A DNA stretch of 38,370 nt, from NCBI GenBank assembly GCA_050729355.1, contig JBOHKZ010000046.1, forward strand, positions 1 to 38,370, in the 5' to 3' direction. A program made the position numbers and the translations under genes. Within the stretch, counting starts at the first letter, position 1; each line of letters opens with the position of its first letter. Positions 18,500-28,604 of this stretch are shown piece by piece. The notes under the pieces were generated by a model that searched no databases, was not told the origin of the DNA, and saw only the letters and a list, made by a program, of their open reading frames with translations. This DNA is from Phenylobacterium sp. (lineage in GTDB: Bacteria; Pseudomonadota; Alphaproteobacteria; Caulobacterales; Caulobacteraceae).

Positions 18500-21400
18500 C
18501 GGCTCACGTCCCATCACCGCGGCCGAGATGCGCCGCGTGGCCGAGGATCCCGGCCGCCTCGACCTCGTGGGCGCGCCCGAGGGCTTCGACGCCCTGGTGA
18601 TGGCCGACATCGTGCGCGCCCGCAAAGGGCTCTCGGTGTTCATCGCCCGGGACGGCAGCCGGATGTCGGCCTTCGCCGACGCCTTCCGCTTCTTCGCGCC
18701 CAACGTCGAGATCGTGACCTTCCCGGCCTGGGACTGCCTGCCTTACGACCGCGTCGGACCTTCGGCCGGGGTCGCCGCGCAACGCATGACGACGCTCTCG
18801 CGGCTGGTGAGGGGCGTCGAGGCCAAGACGCCGGTTCTGCTGGTCACGACGGTGCCGGCCTCTGTGCAGCGCGTGCCGCCGAAGTCCGCAGTGCAGCGCG
18901 CCAGCTATTCAGCCCGCGTCGGCGCGACGGTCGAGACGGCTGATCTCGAGGCCTATTTCGCGGTCAACGGCTACCAGCGGGCCTCCACCGTCTCTGAGCG
19001 CGGCGAGTTCGCGATCCGCGGCGGGGTGATCGACGTCTACCCGCCCTCAGCTTGGGAGCCGGTGCGCCTGGACCTCTTCGGCGACACCCTGGAATCGATC
19101 CGAGCCTTCGATCCGGAGAGCCAGCGGTCCACCAAGAAGCTGGACGAGGTGAACCTCCTGCCGGTCAGCGAGGCGCTGCTCGACAAGGAAAGCATCTCGC
19201 GGTTCCGCTCGGGCTACCTGGAGGCGTTCGGCGCGGCCGGGGACGATCCGCTTTACGCCACCGTCTCAGAAGGCGGCCGACGGGCGGGCATGGAGCACTG
19301 GCTGCCGCTCTTCTATCCGCATCTGGAAACGCTCTTCGACTACCTGCCGGCCGACGCCCTGGTGGCGCTCGACCACCTCTCGCGGGAAGCTCGCGACGAG
19401 CGGCTCGTGCTGGTCAATGACGCCTATGACGCCCGCGCCCAGGCGGAGCGCCGAGTCCACTACCACCCCCTCGAGCCCAATCGCCTCTACCTGACGGCTG
19501 ACGAGTGGAAGGACATCCTCGCCAGGCGCGCGACCCGGCGGTTCTCCTCCTTCCAGGAGGCGGAGGGCGCCACGGTCATCGACATGGGCGCCAGGGCAGG
19601 GCGCAGCTTCGCTCCCGAGCGCCAGAAGGACAGCGTCAACCTCTTCGAGGCGACCGCCGACCATGCCAGGACGCTGGCCGGCAACGGCAAGCGGGTGCTG
19701 TTCGCGTCCTGGTCGGACGGCTCGTCGGACCGGCTGGGCTCGATGCTGGCGGACCACGGCCTGAAGCACATTCCGTTCGCGCCCTACTGGGATGCGGCCA
19801 AGGCGGCCGATCCCAAGATTCCACAGCGGGTGGTCTTGCCGCTCGAGGCCGGGTTCGAGACCGACACCCTGGCGGTGATCTCCGAGACCGACATCCTGGG
19901 CGACCGGCTGGCCCGCCCGCGCCGCCGCCGCCGCGCCTCGAACTTCCTGGCCGAAGCCTCGTCACTGACGCCCGGCGACCTGGTGGTGCACATCGACCAC
20001 GGCATCGGCCGCTACGAGGGGCTGAAGACCCTCGACGTCCAGGGCGCGCCGCACGACACCCTGGAACTGCACTACGGCGGCGAGGCCAAGCTCTACCTGC
20101 CGGTGGAGAACATCGACCTCCTGACCCGCTATGGCGCCGAGACGGAGGGCGTCCAGCTCGACCGCCTGGGCGGCGCGGCCTGGCAGGCCCGAAAGGCGCG
20201 CGCCAAGACCCGGCTGCGCGAGATGGCCGAGGGCCTGATCCGCATCGCCGCCGAGCGCGCCATGCGAACGACCGACGCGATCGACCCGCCGCACGGGGTG
20301 TTCGACGAGTTCTGCGCCCGCTTCCCCTACGAGGAGACCGAGGACCAGCTCTCGGCGATCGGCGATGTCCTGGAAGATCTCGGGGCCGGCAAGCCGATGG
20401 ACCGGCTGATCTGCGGCGACGTCGGTTTCGGCAAGACCGAAGTGGCCCTTCGCGCCGCTTTCGTCGTCGCCATGAGCGGCCAGCAGGTGGCGGTCGTCGC
20501 CCCGACGACCCTGCTCGCCCGCCAGCACTTCAAGACCTTCACCGAGCGGTTCGAAGGTTGGCCGGTGAAGGTGCGCCGCCTGTCGCGCCTGGTCCCCTCC
20601 AAGGAGGCCGCCGAGACCCGCGAGCAGCTCAAGAACGGCGAGGTCGAGATCATCGTCGGCACCCACGCGGTGCTCTCCAAGCAGGTCGGCTTCCGCAACC
20701 TCGGCCTGGTGATCGTCGACGAGGAGCAGCACTTCGGGGTCAAGCACAAGGAGAAGCTCAAGGAGCTTCGCGCCGACGTGCACATGCTGACCCTGACCGC
20801 CACGCCGATCCCACGCACCCTGCAGATGTCCCTGTCGGGCCTGCGCGAGATGTCGATCATCGCCACCCCGCCGGTCGACCGGCTGGCCGTGCGAACCTAC
20901 ATCACGCCCTTCGATCAGGTGGTCATCCGCGAGGCGCTGCTGCGCGAGAAGTATCGCGGCGGCCAGGGCTACTACGTCGCGCCGCGCATCTCCGACCTGC
21001 CGGACCTCGCCAAGTACCTGCGCGACCAGGTCCCCGAGGTGAAGTTCGTGATCGGCCACGGCCAGATGGCCCCGACCCAGCTCGAGGAGGTGATGAGCGC
21101 CTTCTACGACGGCCAATACGACGTGCTGCTCTCGACCACGATCGTGGAGAGCGGCCTCGACATCCCGACCGCCAACACCCTGATCATCCACCGCGCCGAC
21201 ATGTTCGGCCTCTCGCAACTCTACCAGCTGCGCGGGCGGGTCGGGCGGGCCAAGAGCCGCGCCTACGCCTATCTGACGACGCCCGCGGAGAAGCAGATCA
21301 CGCTCTCGGCCGAGAAGCGGCTGAAGGTCCTGCAGTCGCTGGACAGCCTTGGCGCCGGCTTCCAATTGGCCAGCCACGACCTCGACATCCGGGGCGGCGG

Positions 21401-21980
21401 CAACCTGCTGGGCGAGGAGCAGTCCGGCCACATCCGCGAGATCGGCGTCGAGCTTTACCAGCAGATGCTGGAGGACGCGGTCAACGAGTTGAAGACCCGG
21501 GCCGGCGCCAAGGGCCTGGACAGCGACCGGGGCTGGTCGCCGCAGATCAACACCGGCGCCGCCGTGCTCATCCCCGAGGAATATGTTCCCGATCTCAACG
21601 TGCGGCTGTCGCTCTACCGCCGCCTGTCGGATGCGGAGAAGGCGCAGGACCGCGAGGCGCTGGCCGCCGAGCTCATCGACCGTTTCGGGCCGCTGCCGCC
21701 GGAGGCTGGCCAACTGCTGAAGGTCGTGGCCATCAAGGGCCTCTGCCGCGAGGCCAACGTCTCGAAGATCGACGTGGGGCCGAAGGGCGCGGTCGTCACC
21801 TTCCGCAACGACGAGTTCAAGAACGGCCTGGGGCTCGTCCAGTTCGTCCAGAAGAACCAGGTCGCCTGGCGCATTCGCCCTGACCACAAGGTGGTCGTGA
21901 AGGGCGAATGGGAGACCCCCGAGCAGCGTCTCTCCGCCGCCGAGAAGGTGCTGACGGAACTGGCCAAGCTCGCGGCCTAG
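18489..21980 (+). CDS. mfd: Transcription-repair coupling factor
   Basis: UvrB-homology region ([21 protein letters not shown]), RID ([11 protein letters not shown]), [20 protein letters not shown]-terminal TRCF domain; GTG start overlapping sdhE is inferred. Confidence 0.97.
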   Translation: MAADGSRPITAAEMRRVAEDPGRLDLVGAPEGFDALVMADIVRARKGLSVFIARDGSRMSAFADAFRFFAPNVEIVTFPAWDCLPYDRVGPSAGVAAQRMTTLSRLVRGVEAKTPVLLVTTVPASVQRVPPKSAVQRASYSARVGATVETADLEAYFAVNGYQRASTVSERGEFAIRGGVIDVYPPSAWEPVRLDLFGDTLESIRAFDPESQRSTKKLDEVNLLPVSEALLDKESISRFRSGYLEAFGAAGDDPLYATVSEGGRRAGMEHWLPLFYPHLETLFDYLPADALVALDHLSREARDERLVLVNDAYDARAQAERRVHYHPLEPNRLYLTADEWKDILARRATRRFSSFQEAEGATVIDMGARAGRSFAPERQKDSVNLFEATADHARTLAGNGKRVLFASWSDGSSDRLGSMLADHGLKHIPFAPYWDAAKAADPKIPQRVVLPLEAGFETDTLAVISETDILGDRLARPRRRRRASNFLAEASSLTPGDLVVHIDHGIGRYEGLKTLDVQGAPHDTLELHYGGEAKLYLPVENIDLLTRYGAETEGVQLDRLGGAAWQARKARAKTRLREMAEGLIRIAAERAMRTTDAIDPPHGVFDEFCARFPYEETEDQLSAIGDVLEDLGAGKPMDRLICGDVGFGKTEVALRAAFVVAMSGQQVAVVAPTTLLARQHFKTFTERFEGWPVKVRRLSRLVPSKEAAETREQLKNGEVEIIVGTHAVLSKQVGFRNLGLVIVDEEQHFGVKHKEKLKELRADVHMLTLTATPIPRTLQMSLSGLREMSIIATPPVDRLAVRTYITPFDQVVIREALLREKYRGGQGYYVAPRISDLPDLAKYLRDQVPEVKFVIGHGQMAPTQLEEVMSAFYDGQYDVLLSTTIVESGLDIPTANTLIIHRADMFGLSQLYQLRGRVGRAKSRAYAYLTTPAEKQITLSAEKRLKVLQSLDSLGAGFQLASHDLDIRGGGNLLGEEQSGHIREIGVELYQQMLEDAVNELKTRAGAKGLDSDRGWSPQINTGAAVLIPEEYVPDLNVRLSLYRRLSDAEKAQDREALAAELIDRFGPLPPEAGQLLKVVAIKGLCREANVSKIDVGPKGAVVTFRNDEFKNGLGLVQFVQKNQVAWRIRPDHKVVVKGEWETPEQRLSAAEKVLTELAKLAA

Positions 21981-22020
21981 GCGCAGGCTCAGCCCCGGGG
22001 AAACGAACCGGGGGGTGATC

Positions 22021-22374
22021 ATGAAAACTGCAACGCTGCTGGCGGCCTGCGCCGTCCTGGCCTCGGCGGGCGCCGCGAGCGCCCAGGACGCCGATGCTGC
22101 CAACAAGTCCGACCTGCGATGCTTCCTGGCGATGGGCGCGCTGGGGCAGAACGCGCAGTACAAGCAGCCGTCGGCGATGGGCGCCTTCTACTTCGCGGGC
22201 CGGATCGAAGGGCGCAGCCCGGACCTCGACCTGAAGCGGGCGGTACGCCAGGAGGCCGGGCGGATGGGCCTGCAGGAATATGCCGGCGAGATCAAACGCT
22301 GCGGCGACCTGGTGCGGGCGAAGGGCGAGACGATGACGGATATGGCCCCGCCGCAGCGCGGGGTCGGCCGCTAG
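22021..22374 (+). CDS. Hypothetical exported protein with a cysteine pair
   Basis: Signal peptide ending AASA; DLRC...YFAGRIEG...KRC; fills the gap after mfd. Confidence 0.75.
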   Translation: MKTATLLAACAVLASAGAASAQDADAANKSDLRCFLAMGALGQNAQYKQPSAMGAFYFAGRIEGRSPDLDLKRAVRQEAGRMGLQEYAGEIKRCGDLVRAKGETMTDMAPPQRGVGR

Positions 22375-22892
22375 GTCAGCCTGGCGGCGCGGGCCTCGGT
22401 CAGGAGCCGGTTGGCCCGCAGCGCCATCTCCAGCCGCTGGGCGCAGACGACGCCCACCGCCAGCAGCAGGAAGGCGTCTGTGACGTCGACCACCGAGACA
22501 TGCAGGACCCCAGCGTTGGCCGTGGCGTAGCCGCGCACGCCCTGGCGGATCACCATGATCGCGAGGATCAGCACCATGCCGATTGGCGAGGCCTGGCTGG
22601 TCAGGTCGTGGGTCTCGGGATTGACGGTGATCTTGGTGAACCTGCCGCGCCACCAACCGAGCGCCGCGCCAAGGGCGAGGGCGGCGATGTCGACGGCGAT
22701 CATGACGGGCGTCGGCATGTGTTGCTGGCTGAACGTCGTGGCCGTCAGGACCAGCAGCAGCGCCGGCGAAATCCACAGGCGCTCGACCTTCAGGTTGCGG
22801 GCCCGCGCGTTGCGCAGGATCACAAGGCCGATAACCAGAACGGGGATGAGATAGACCCAGACGCCGGCGCCCGGCGGAATATCGCGACCCAT
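22371..22892 (-). CDS. DUF1453/CcdC-like membrane protein
   Basis: Several TM helices; RNLKVERLWI.P, GAALGWWRG, QRLEM motifs; TGATG coupling to popA. Confidence 0.75.
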   Translation of the reverse strand: MGRDIPPGAGVWVYLIPVLVIGLVILRNARARNLKVERLWISPALLLVLTATTFSQQHMPTPVMIAVDIAALALGAALGWWRGRFTKITVNPETHDLTSQASPIGMVLILAIMVIRQGVRGYATANAGVLHVSVVDVTDAFLLLAVGVVCAQRLEMALRANRLLTEARAARLT

Positions 22893-24223
22893 CAGCTCGC
22901 CTTCAGACGCTGAGCCAGGGCGGCGGCCTCCTCTAGAGCGCGCCCGGCGGTTTCGGCTGAGGTCACTTGAGCAACGCCCAGATCGAAGTCAACGACGAAG
23001 GGGGTCTTGCCTTCACCCGCCTCAAAGGCCGTGCAGCCGATCACCGCGGCGATCCGCTCGCCGGCCAGGCGGGCGTTGCTGATGCTGGTTGCGGGCAGGG
23101 CGAGGGCGAAGACGTCGGGCGCCAGGCGCGCGGCGGTGTCTTCCACGCGCACCAGCCGGCCGACCATCGAGCCGATCTGCGGGATCGCGCGGTCCAGATA
23201 GCCGCCGGCGCGGGCTGCGATGACCTCGGCCTTCTCGGCGACCTTGAGCACGCAGACGCTGAGCGGGCGGTTGCGCGCCTGCGCCGCCTGGGCGAGGCGC
23301 GCGAGGTGGGCCGCGAAGAGGTCGCGGGTGAAGAGGCCGGTGGCGGCGTCCATCAGGCCTGAACTGCGGGCGGCTTCTAGGGCCGTGCGCACGGCCATCT
23401 GTTTGCGATAGCTGCGGGAGAGCTCGACGATCCGCTTGGCCGTCTCGCTCTCGGGTGTCTCGGGCGAGGCCACGTCGGAGAGGCCGCGATGATAGGCCTC
23501 CGAGGTCGTCACGTAGCTGTCCTGGCGCATGTAGAGCAGGGCAGGCGTGTGATAGAGGCGGGTGTTGCGGCGCAGGCCCGCGGCGATCGAAAGCGCCTCC
23601 TGCGGATTGTCGCCGGCCCACAGCACCACCGCATCGAAGATCCGCTCGTGCAGGTAGTCGAAGGCCGTATAGGCGGTGAACGCGCCGACGACGTCGGCGC
23701 CGTGCCGCGACAGGGCATTGGAGAGCGCCAGGAACTGCGGCGCGGGCTCGCCGATCGCCAGGATGCGGAACGGGCTCTGATCCGGCTCCGGCATGCTCAA
23801 CGTGCGGCCGCGCTCTTCGAAGGTTTCCGCGCGAAGGTCGAATTCTTCCTGCGACACGGCCATCCGCACCATCGACTCCAGCCGCATCGCGGCCTGGGCG
23901 GGATGCAGCGGCGGGGCCAGGGTCAGGTCGTAGCCGTAGTTCTGCAGGACCGGGTCCGGATTGCCGATGGCGATGATCGGGATCCGGCGCGGCGCGCAGG
24001 CCGCCTTCAGCCGGCGGGCGAGACCCAGGCTCTCTTCGCCGCAACTGGCGAGGTCGATGATCGCGGCTTCGATCTGCAGGTCGGAAACCGCCGTGACGGC
24101 GGCGTACTGGCCACGCGCCGTGATCGTGCGCCAGCCAAGACGATCCAGCCCCTCGGAGAGCGGCCCCGCCAGGGTGTCGTCCCGCGCGACAATCAGTACT
24201 CGCGCCTGGACGCCTGTCACCAT
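22892..24223 (-). CDS. popA: PopA-type c-di-GMP effector (Rec-Rec-degenerate GGDEF)
   Basis: Two receiver-like domains, DAATGLFTR linker, intact I-site RVED five residues before the degenerate A-site APDVF; start could be 24220-24232. Confidence 0.85.
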   Translation of the reverse strand: MVTGVQARVLIVARDDTLAGPLSEGLDRLGWRTITARGQYAAVTAVSDLQIEAAIIDLASCGEESLGLARRLKAACAPRRIPIIAIGNPDPVLQNYGYDLTLAPPLHPAQAAMRLESMVRMAVSQEEFDLRAETFEERGRTLSMPEPDQSPFRILAIGEPAPQFLALSNALSRHGADVVGAFTAYTAFDYLHERIFDAVVLWAGDNPQEALSIAAGLRRNTRLYHTPALLYMRQDSYVTTSEAYHRGLSDVASPETPESETAKRIVELSRSYRKQMAVRTALEAARSSGLMDAATGLFTRDLFAAHLARLAQAAQARNRPLSVCVLKVAEKAEVIAARAGGYLDRAIPQIGSMVGRLVRVEDTAARLAPDVFALALPATSISNARLAGERIAAVIGCTAFEAGEGKTPFVVDFDLGVAQVTSAETAGRALEEAAALAQRLKAS

Positions 24224-24306
24224 TTCCCGCATGTCCCGACGGTTCTCATGAGCCGCTTACCGTCTCGTAAATACGCCCGATAGGTTGTGCATCGGCAAGC
24301 GTAAGT

Positions 24307-24323
24307 TGCGACAAGCCGCCGCA
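24307..24323. promoter_or_regulatory. Putative RegA/PrrA/SpdR-type binding box
   Basis: TGCGAC-aagcc-GCCGCA fits GCGRC-N5-GYCGC in the popA/SDR divergent region. Confidence 0.45.
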
Positions 24324-24342
24324 CCACCAAGGAGGATAGGGG

Positions 24343-25119
24343 ATGCCCGGGACTTTGGAAGGCCAAGTAGCGCTAATCACTGGAGCTTCTGGCGGGCTGG
24401 GCGAGCATTTCGCCCGTCTGTTGGCGAGCCAGGGCTGCGCCGTTGCGGTCAGCGCACGTCGGTTGGACCGGGTCGAATCACTGGCCGGCGAGCTGGCCGG
24501 CGCCGGCGGCAGGTCGATGGCGATTCGCCTGGACGTGGCCGACGCCGACGCCATCGGCCCGGCGCTCGACGAGGTCGAGGCGGGCCTGGGGCCGGTCTCG
24601 ATCCTGGTCAACAACGCCGGGGTCGGCGGCGAGGGCCTGGCGCTGGAGGTCTCCGTCGAGGACTGGGACAACACCTTCGCAGTCAATGTGCGCGGGACCT
24701 TCGTGGCGGCGCGTGAGGCGGCCAAGCGCATGCTCGCCTCCGGCGTCGCCCAGCGGGGCGAGGCGCGCATCCTCAACATCGCCTCGATCGCCAGCCACAC
24801 CGTTCTGCCGGGGCTCGCCGCCTACTGTTCCTCGAAGGCCGCCGTGGCGATGCTGACGCAAGGCTTGGCACGAGAGTGGGCGCGGCGCGGGATCGCCGTG
24901 AACGCGCTCTGCCCCGGCTATATCGACACCGACATCAACACCGCCTGGTGGCCGACCGAGGGTGGGCAAAAGCAGCTCAAGGGCTTTCCGCGGCGACGCT
25001 TGATGAACGCCGAGGACCTCGACGCGGCCTTCCTCATGCTGGTCGGACCCGCGGCGAAGGCGATCACCGGCAGCATCATCACCATCGACGACGGTCAGTC
25101 GCTTCCAGGCGGTGGCTGA
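24343..25119 (+). CDS. Short-chain dehydrogenase/reductase
   Basis: TGASGGLG, NNAG, YCSSK catalytic motif; AAGGAGG RBS. Confidence 0.93.
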   Translation: MPGTLEGQVALITGASGGLGEHFARLLASQGCAVAVSARRLDRVESLAGELAGAGGRSMAIRLDVADADAIGPALDEVEAGLGPVSILVNNAGVGGEGLALEVSVEDWDNTFAVNVRGTFVAAREAAKRMLASGVAQRGEARILNIASIASHTVLPGLAAYCSSKAAVAMLTQGLAREWARRGIAVNALCPGYIDTDINTAWWPTEGGQKQLKGFPRRRLMNAEDLDAAFLMLVGPAAKAITGSIITIDDGQSLPGGG

Positions 25120-25125
25120 GCACCC

Positions 25126-27081
25126 CTAGGCCGCGGGCGTCGGAGCGTCCGGCGCGACGCCTTCCAGCTCCGAGCCATCCGAAACGACGGGCATCGGCAA
25201 GGGCGTCTCTATGCGTGACCGCAGTTCAGGGTCCTTCAGCAAGGCGACGCGCATGACCTCGCGCGCCCGCGGCGCGGCGGCGGTGGCTCCGCCCATCCCG
25301 CCGTGCTCGACGATCACCGACAGCGCATAGCGTGGCGCGTCCACGGGTGCGAAGGCGACGAACAGGTTGTGGTCCTTGAGCCGCCAGGCGACGCTGGCGC
25401 TGCTGCGGGAAGCGACGTTGTCATAGCTTCGGACCTGGGCCGTGCCGGTCTTCCCGGCCATCTTCAGGTCGCCCAGGCCAAGCTGGCTCTGCTTGTAGGC
25501 GCCTCCGCTGACGTCATTGGCCACTGCTTCCATGGCCCCACGGATATAGGCGAGGTGCTCGGCGGCGAACGGCAGGTCGGGCGCGCGATCGCCGCGCGGC
25601 ATCTCGATCCCGCCGACCGACTTGATCAGCCGTGGATTGAGCGCCGTCTTGCTGTTGGCGAAGCGGGACGCCATCACCGCCAGCTGCAGGGCGTTGACCG
25701 CCACATAGCCCTGGCCGATGCCGTAGCTGACGGAGTCGCCGGGCTGCCAGACGGGCTCGCGCTTGACGGCCTTGCGCTTCCATTCGCGCGAACCGACCAC
25801 GCCCTTCTTCTGGCCGGGGATGCCGATGTCGAAGGTCTGCCCGAAGCCCATGGCGTGCGCCGCCCGGGCGATCGGGTCGGGGCCGATCTTCAGGGCCGTC
25901 TGATAGAAATAGATGTCGCAGGAGTTCTTGATCGCGTCGTGCATGTTCTGTGCGCCGTGCCCGTCGTGTTTCCAGCAGCGCCAGGTGCGACCGCCCCAAC
26001 GCCAGCCGCCGGAACAGGTCACCCGCGTTTCGGGATCGACGCCGGCCGAGAGCGCCGCCAGCGCCACCGTCGGTTTGAAGGTCGAACCCGGCGGATAGGT
26101 CCCCGTCATGACCTTGTTGAGGAGCGGCTTGCGTTCGTACTTGGCGAGCGCGGCGTACTCGGCCCCGGTCAGGCCGCGGGCAAACTGGTTGGCGTCAAAG
26201 CTGGGCGCTGAGGCCATGCAGAGGAGGTCGCCGGTTCGGCAGTCCATCACGACGATGGCGCCGCTCTCGTCGCCCATCACCTCCAGCGCCCGGTTCTGGA
26301 TGTCGGCGTCGAGGGTGAGCTCGATGACCTTGCCGGGGGTCGCTGGGATGTTTCCGGCCGGGTCTTGCCGCACCTCGCGGCCATTGGCGTCCACCTCGAC
26401 CTTGTGAGCGCCGGGCTTACCGCGCAGGTCCAGGTCGAAGGCTTTTTCTACGCCTTGTTTCCCGATCCGGAAGCCAGGGTGCAGCATGATCGGATCGGCG
26501 TTGGGGCCGGCGGGCGACAGGTCGTCCTTGTTCACCTTCGCCACGTAACCGATCACGTGCGCGAAAGCTCCGCCGTAGGGATAGACGCGCACTTCGCCCA
26601 TGTCGGCCGTGACGCCGGGAAGCGCCGGAGCCCGGATGTTCACGGCGCTGAACTGTTCCCAGCTCATGTCTTCTGTCACCGACACCGGCGAGCGCCTGGG
26701 CGCGGCGTTGATGTCCCTGAGCAGTCGCCGACGACGCATGTCGTCCAGCGGCACGAACTCCGAGAGCGTCCGCAGGGTGACCTCCGGATCGACATCCTTG
26801 TCGCGGGTCACCAGGAGCCGGAAGTTCGGGCGGTTTGAGGCGAGCACGACTCCGTTGCGGTCGACGATCAGGCCGCGCGGAGGCGGGACCAGCTTGAAAT
26901 TGAACTGGTTGGAGGTGGAAAGCTTCTCGTAGCGCTGGTTCTGGAGCAGCTGGAGCTGCGCCAGGCGCCCGCCGAGCGCCAGCACGCCGAGGCCGGCGAA
27001 ACCGCCAAAGAGGAACGCCCTTCGGTGGAACACGCCCTGCCGCTCGTTGACCTCCTCGAAGAAGATGCGCGGTTCAGCCAT
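25126..27081 (-). CDS. mrdA: Penicillin-binding protein 2 (class B transpeptidase)
   Basis: N-terminal TM, PPRGLIVDRNG, RVYPYG, SxxK (PGSTFK), SCD, KTGT, GIGQG. Confidence 0.93.
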   Translation of the reverse strand: MAEPRIFFEEVNERQGVFHRRAFLFGGFAGLGVLALGGRLAQLQLLQNQRYEKLSTSNQFNFKLVPPPRGLIVDRNGVVLASNRPNFRLLVTRDKDVDPEVTLRTLSEFVPLDDMRRRRLLRDINAAPRRSPVSVTEDMSWEQFSAVNIRAPALPGVTADMGEVRVYPYGGAFAHVIGYVAKVNKDDLSPAGPNADPIMLHPGFRIGKQGVEKAFDLDLRGKPGAHKVEVDANGREVRQDPAGNIPATPGKVIELTLDADIQNRALEVMGDESGAIVVMDCRTGDLLCMASAPSFDANQFARGLTGAEYAALAKYERKPLLNKVMTGTYPPGSTFKPTVALAALSAGVDPETRVTCSGGWRWGGRTWRCWKHDGHGAQNMHDAIKNSCDIYFYQTALKIGPDPIARAAHAMGFGQTFDIGIPGQKKGVVGSREWKRKAVKREPVWQPGDSVSYGIGQGYVAVNALQLAVMASRFANSKTALNPRLIKSVGGIEMPRGDRAPDLPFAAEHLAYIRGAMEAVANDVSGGAYKQSQLGLGDLKMAGKTGTAQVRSYDNVASRSSASVAWRLKDHNLFVAFAPVDAPRYALSVIVEHGGMGGATAAAPRAREVMRVALLKDPELRSRIETPLPMPVVSDGSELEGVAPDAPTPAA

Positions 27082-27300
27082 GGCGCGGCTCACACTGGTC
27101 TGGTGGGTTGGCGCGCCCGGGCAGCCGTAGGGCGAGGGCGGCCCTGGCCCACGGCTGTTCGGGGAGCGATTCACAACCTAGAGCAGAAGTCGATGCCCAC
27201 CGCAAACGGCCAAGCTGGCGGCCGGACATCTTCGAAGACCAGGACTTGGCTGACCGAGGGGCAGGGCGCTTAACTCGCGTGAAATTAAGGGAGTGATGCG

Positions 27301-28434
27301 ATGCGCCAGGGACCGCTGACCGGACTGAAGGTCGTGGAGTTCGCCGGGATCGGGCCGGGCCCGTTCTGCGGCATGCTGCTCTCCGACCTGGGCGCCGATG
27401 TGGTGCGGATCGACCGCAAGGGCGGCCGGGGCGGCGCGCCTTCCGACGTCACCGCGCGCGGCCGCCGCTCGGTGGCGCTGGACCTCAAGAGCCCCGCGGC
27501 CATCGAGGCCTGCTTGAAGCTGATGGAAGGCGCCGACGCGGTCTTCGAGGGCTTCCGCCCCGGGGTCATGGAGCGGCTGGGCCTGGGGCCCGACGCAGCG
27601 CTCAAGCGCAATCCCAAGCTCGTCTACGGCCGCATGACCGGCTGGGGGCAGACGGGTCCCTACGCCAACGCCGCCGGGCACGACATGAACTACATCGCCA
27701 TCACCGGCGCACTGCACGCCATTGGGACGACGGATAAGCCGGTTCCCCCGCTCAACCTGGTCGGCGATTTCGGAGGCGGCGCCCTCTATCTCGCCTTCGG
27801 CCTGCTGGCCGGCGTGATCCAGGCGCGCGAGACCGGCAAGGGCCAGGTGATCGACTGCGCGATGAGCGACGGGGCGGCCTCGCTGATGGCCATGTTCTAC
27901 GGCTTCAAGGCCTCGGGCATGTGGCAGGGCGGTCGGCGCAACAACATGCTGGATGGCGGCGCCCATTTCTACGACACCTACCAGTGCTCGGACGGCAAGT
28001 GGATCTCGATCGGGTCTATCGAACCGCAGTTCTACGCCCTGCTGCTGGAAAAGACCGGGATCGACGACCCCGAGTTCCAGCGACAGATGGACCGCGCCGC
28101 CTGGCCCAGCCTACACGACAAGCTGGCCGCGGTGATCGCGACTAAGACGCGCGACGAGTGGTGCGCGATCATGGATGCGACGGACGTCTGCTTCGCGCCC
28201 GTGCTCGATCTCGACGAAGCTCCGAAGCACCCGCACAACGCCGCGCGCCAGACCTTTGTCGAAGTGGCCGGCGTCGTGCAGCCGGCGCCGGCCCCACGGT
28301 TCTCCGCGACCCCCGGCGCGGTCCAGGGCCCGCCGCCCACGGTCGGGGCCCACGATCGCGAGGCCTTGGCCGACTGGGGCTTCTCGCCCGGCGAGATCGA
28401 TGCGCTCTTCGCATCCGCAGAACCTGTTTCCTGA
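27301..28434 (+). CDS. CaiB/BaiF family III CoA-transferase (alpha-methylacyl-CoA racemase-like)
   Basis: [57 protein letters not shown]. Confidence 0.93.
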   Translation: MRQGPLTGLKVVEFAGIGPGPFCGMLLSDLGADVVRIDRKGGRGGAPSDVTARGRRSVALDLKSPAAIEACLKLMEGADAVFEGFRPGVMERLGLGPDAALKRNPKLVYGRMTGWGQTGPYANAAGHDMNYIAITGALHAIGTTDKPVPPLNLVGDFGGGALYLAFGLLAGVIQARETGKGQVIDCAMSDGAASLMAMFYGFKASGMWQGGRRNNMLDGGAHFYDTYQCSDGKWISIGSIEPQFYALLLEKTGIDDPEFQRQMDRAAWPSLHDKLAAVIATKTRDEWCAIMDATDVCFAPVLDLDEAPKHPHNAARQTFVEVAGVVQPAPAPRFSATPGAVQGPPPTVGAHDREALADWGFSPGEIDALFASAEPVS

Positions 28435-28604
28435 AGGCGGCGTTCAGGCTGGGTTCAGCCGCCGAGTCGCAAATTGAGCGCAGGTTGGTTGCCGCGCTCT
28501 CCCGTCCCTCGAAGCGGTAGCCCGCCTGATGGAACGACACGCCCATCTGGCGGCGCGTCACCTCGCAAGGGTGGCGCGCCGTTTGCGTTGGAGCTCAGGC
28601 TTGC

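Noticed and set aside
22950..23170. Degenerate GGDEF motif as a novel or broken diguanylate cyclase
   Set aside because: This is the expected state of PopA (RxxD kept, A-site degenerate).
27270..27288. TTAA...TTAA as a full CtrA box upstream of mrdA and the CoA-transferase
   Set aside because: The spacing is N11 rather than N7; at most half-sites.
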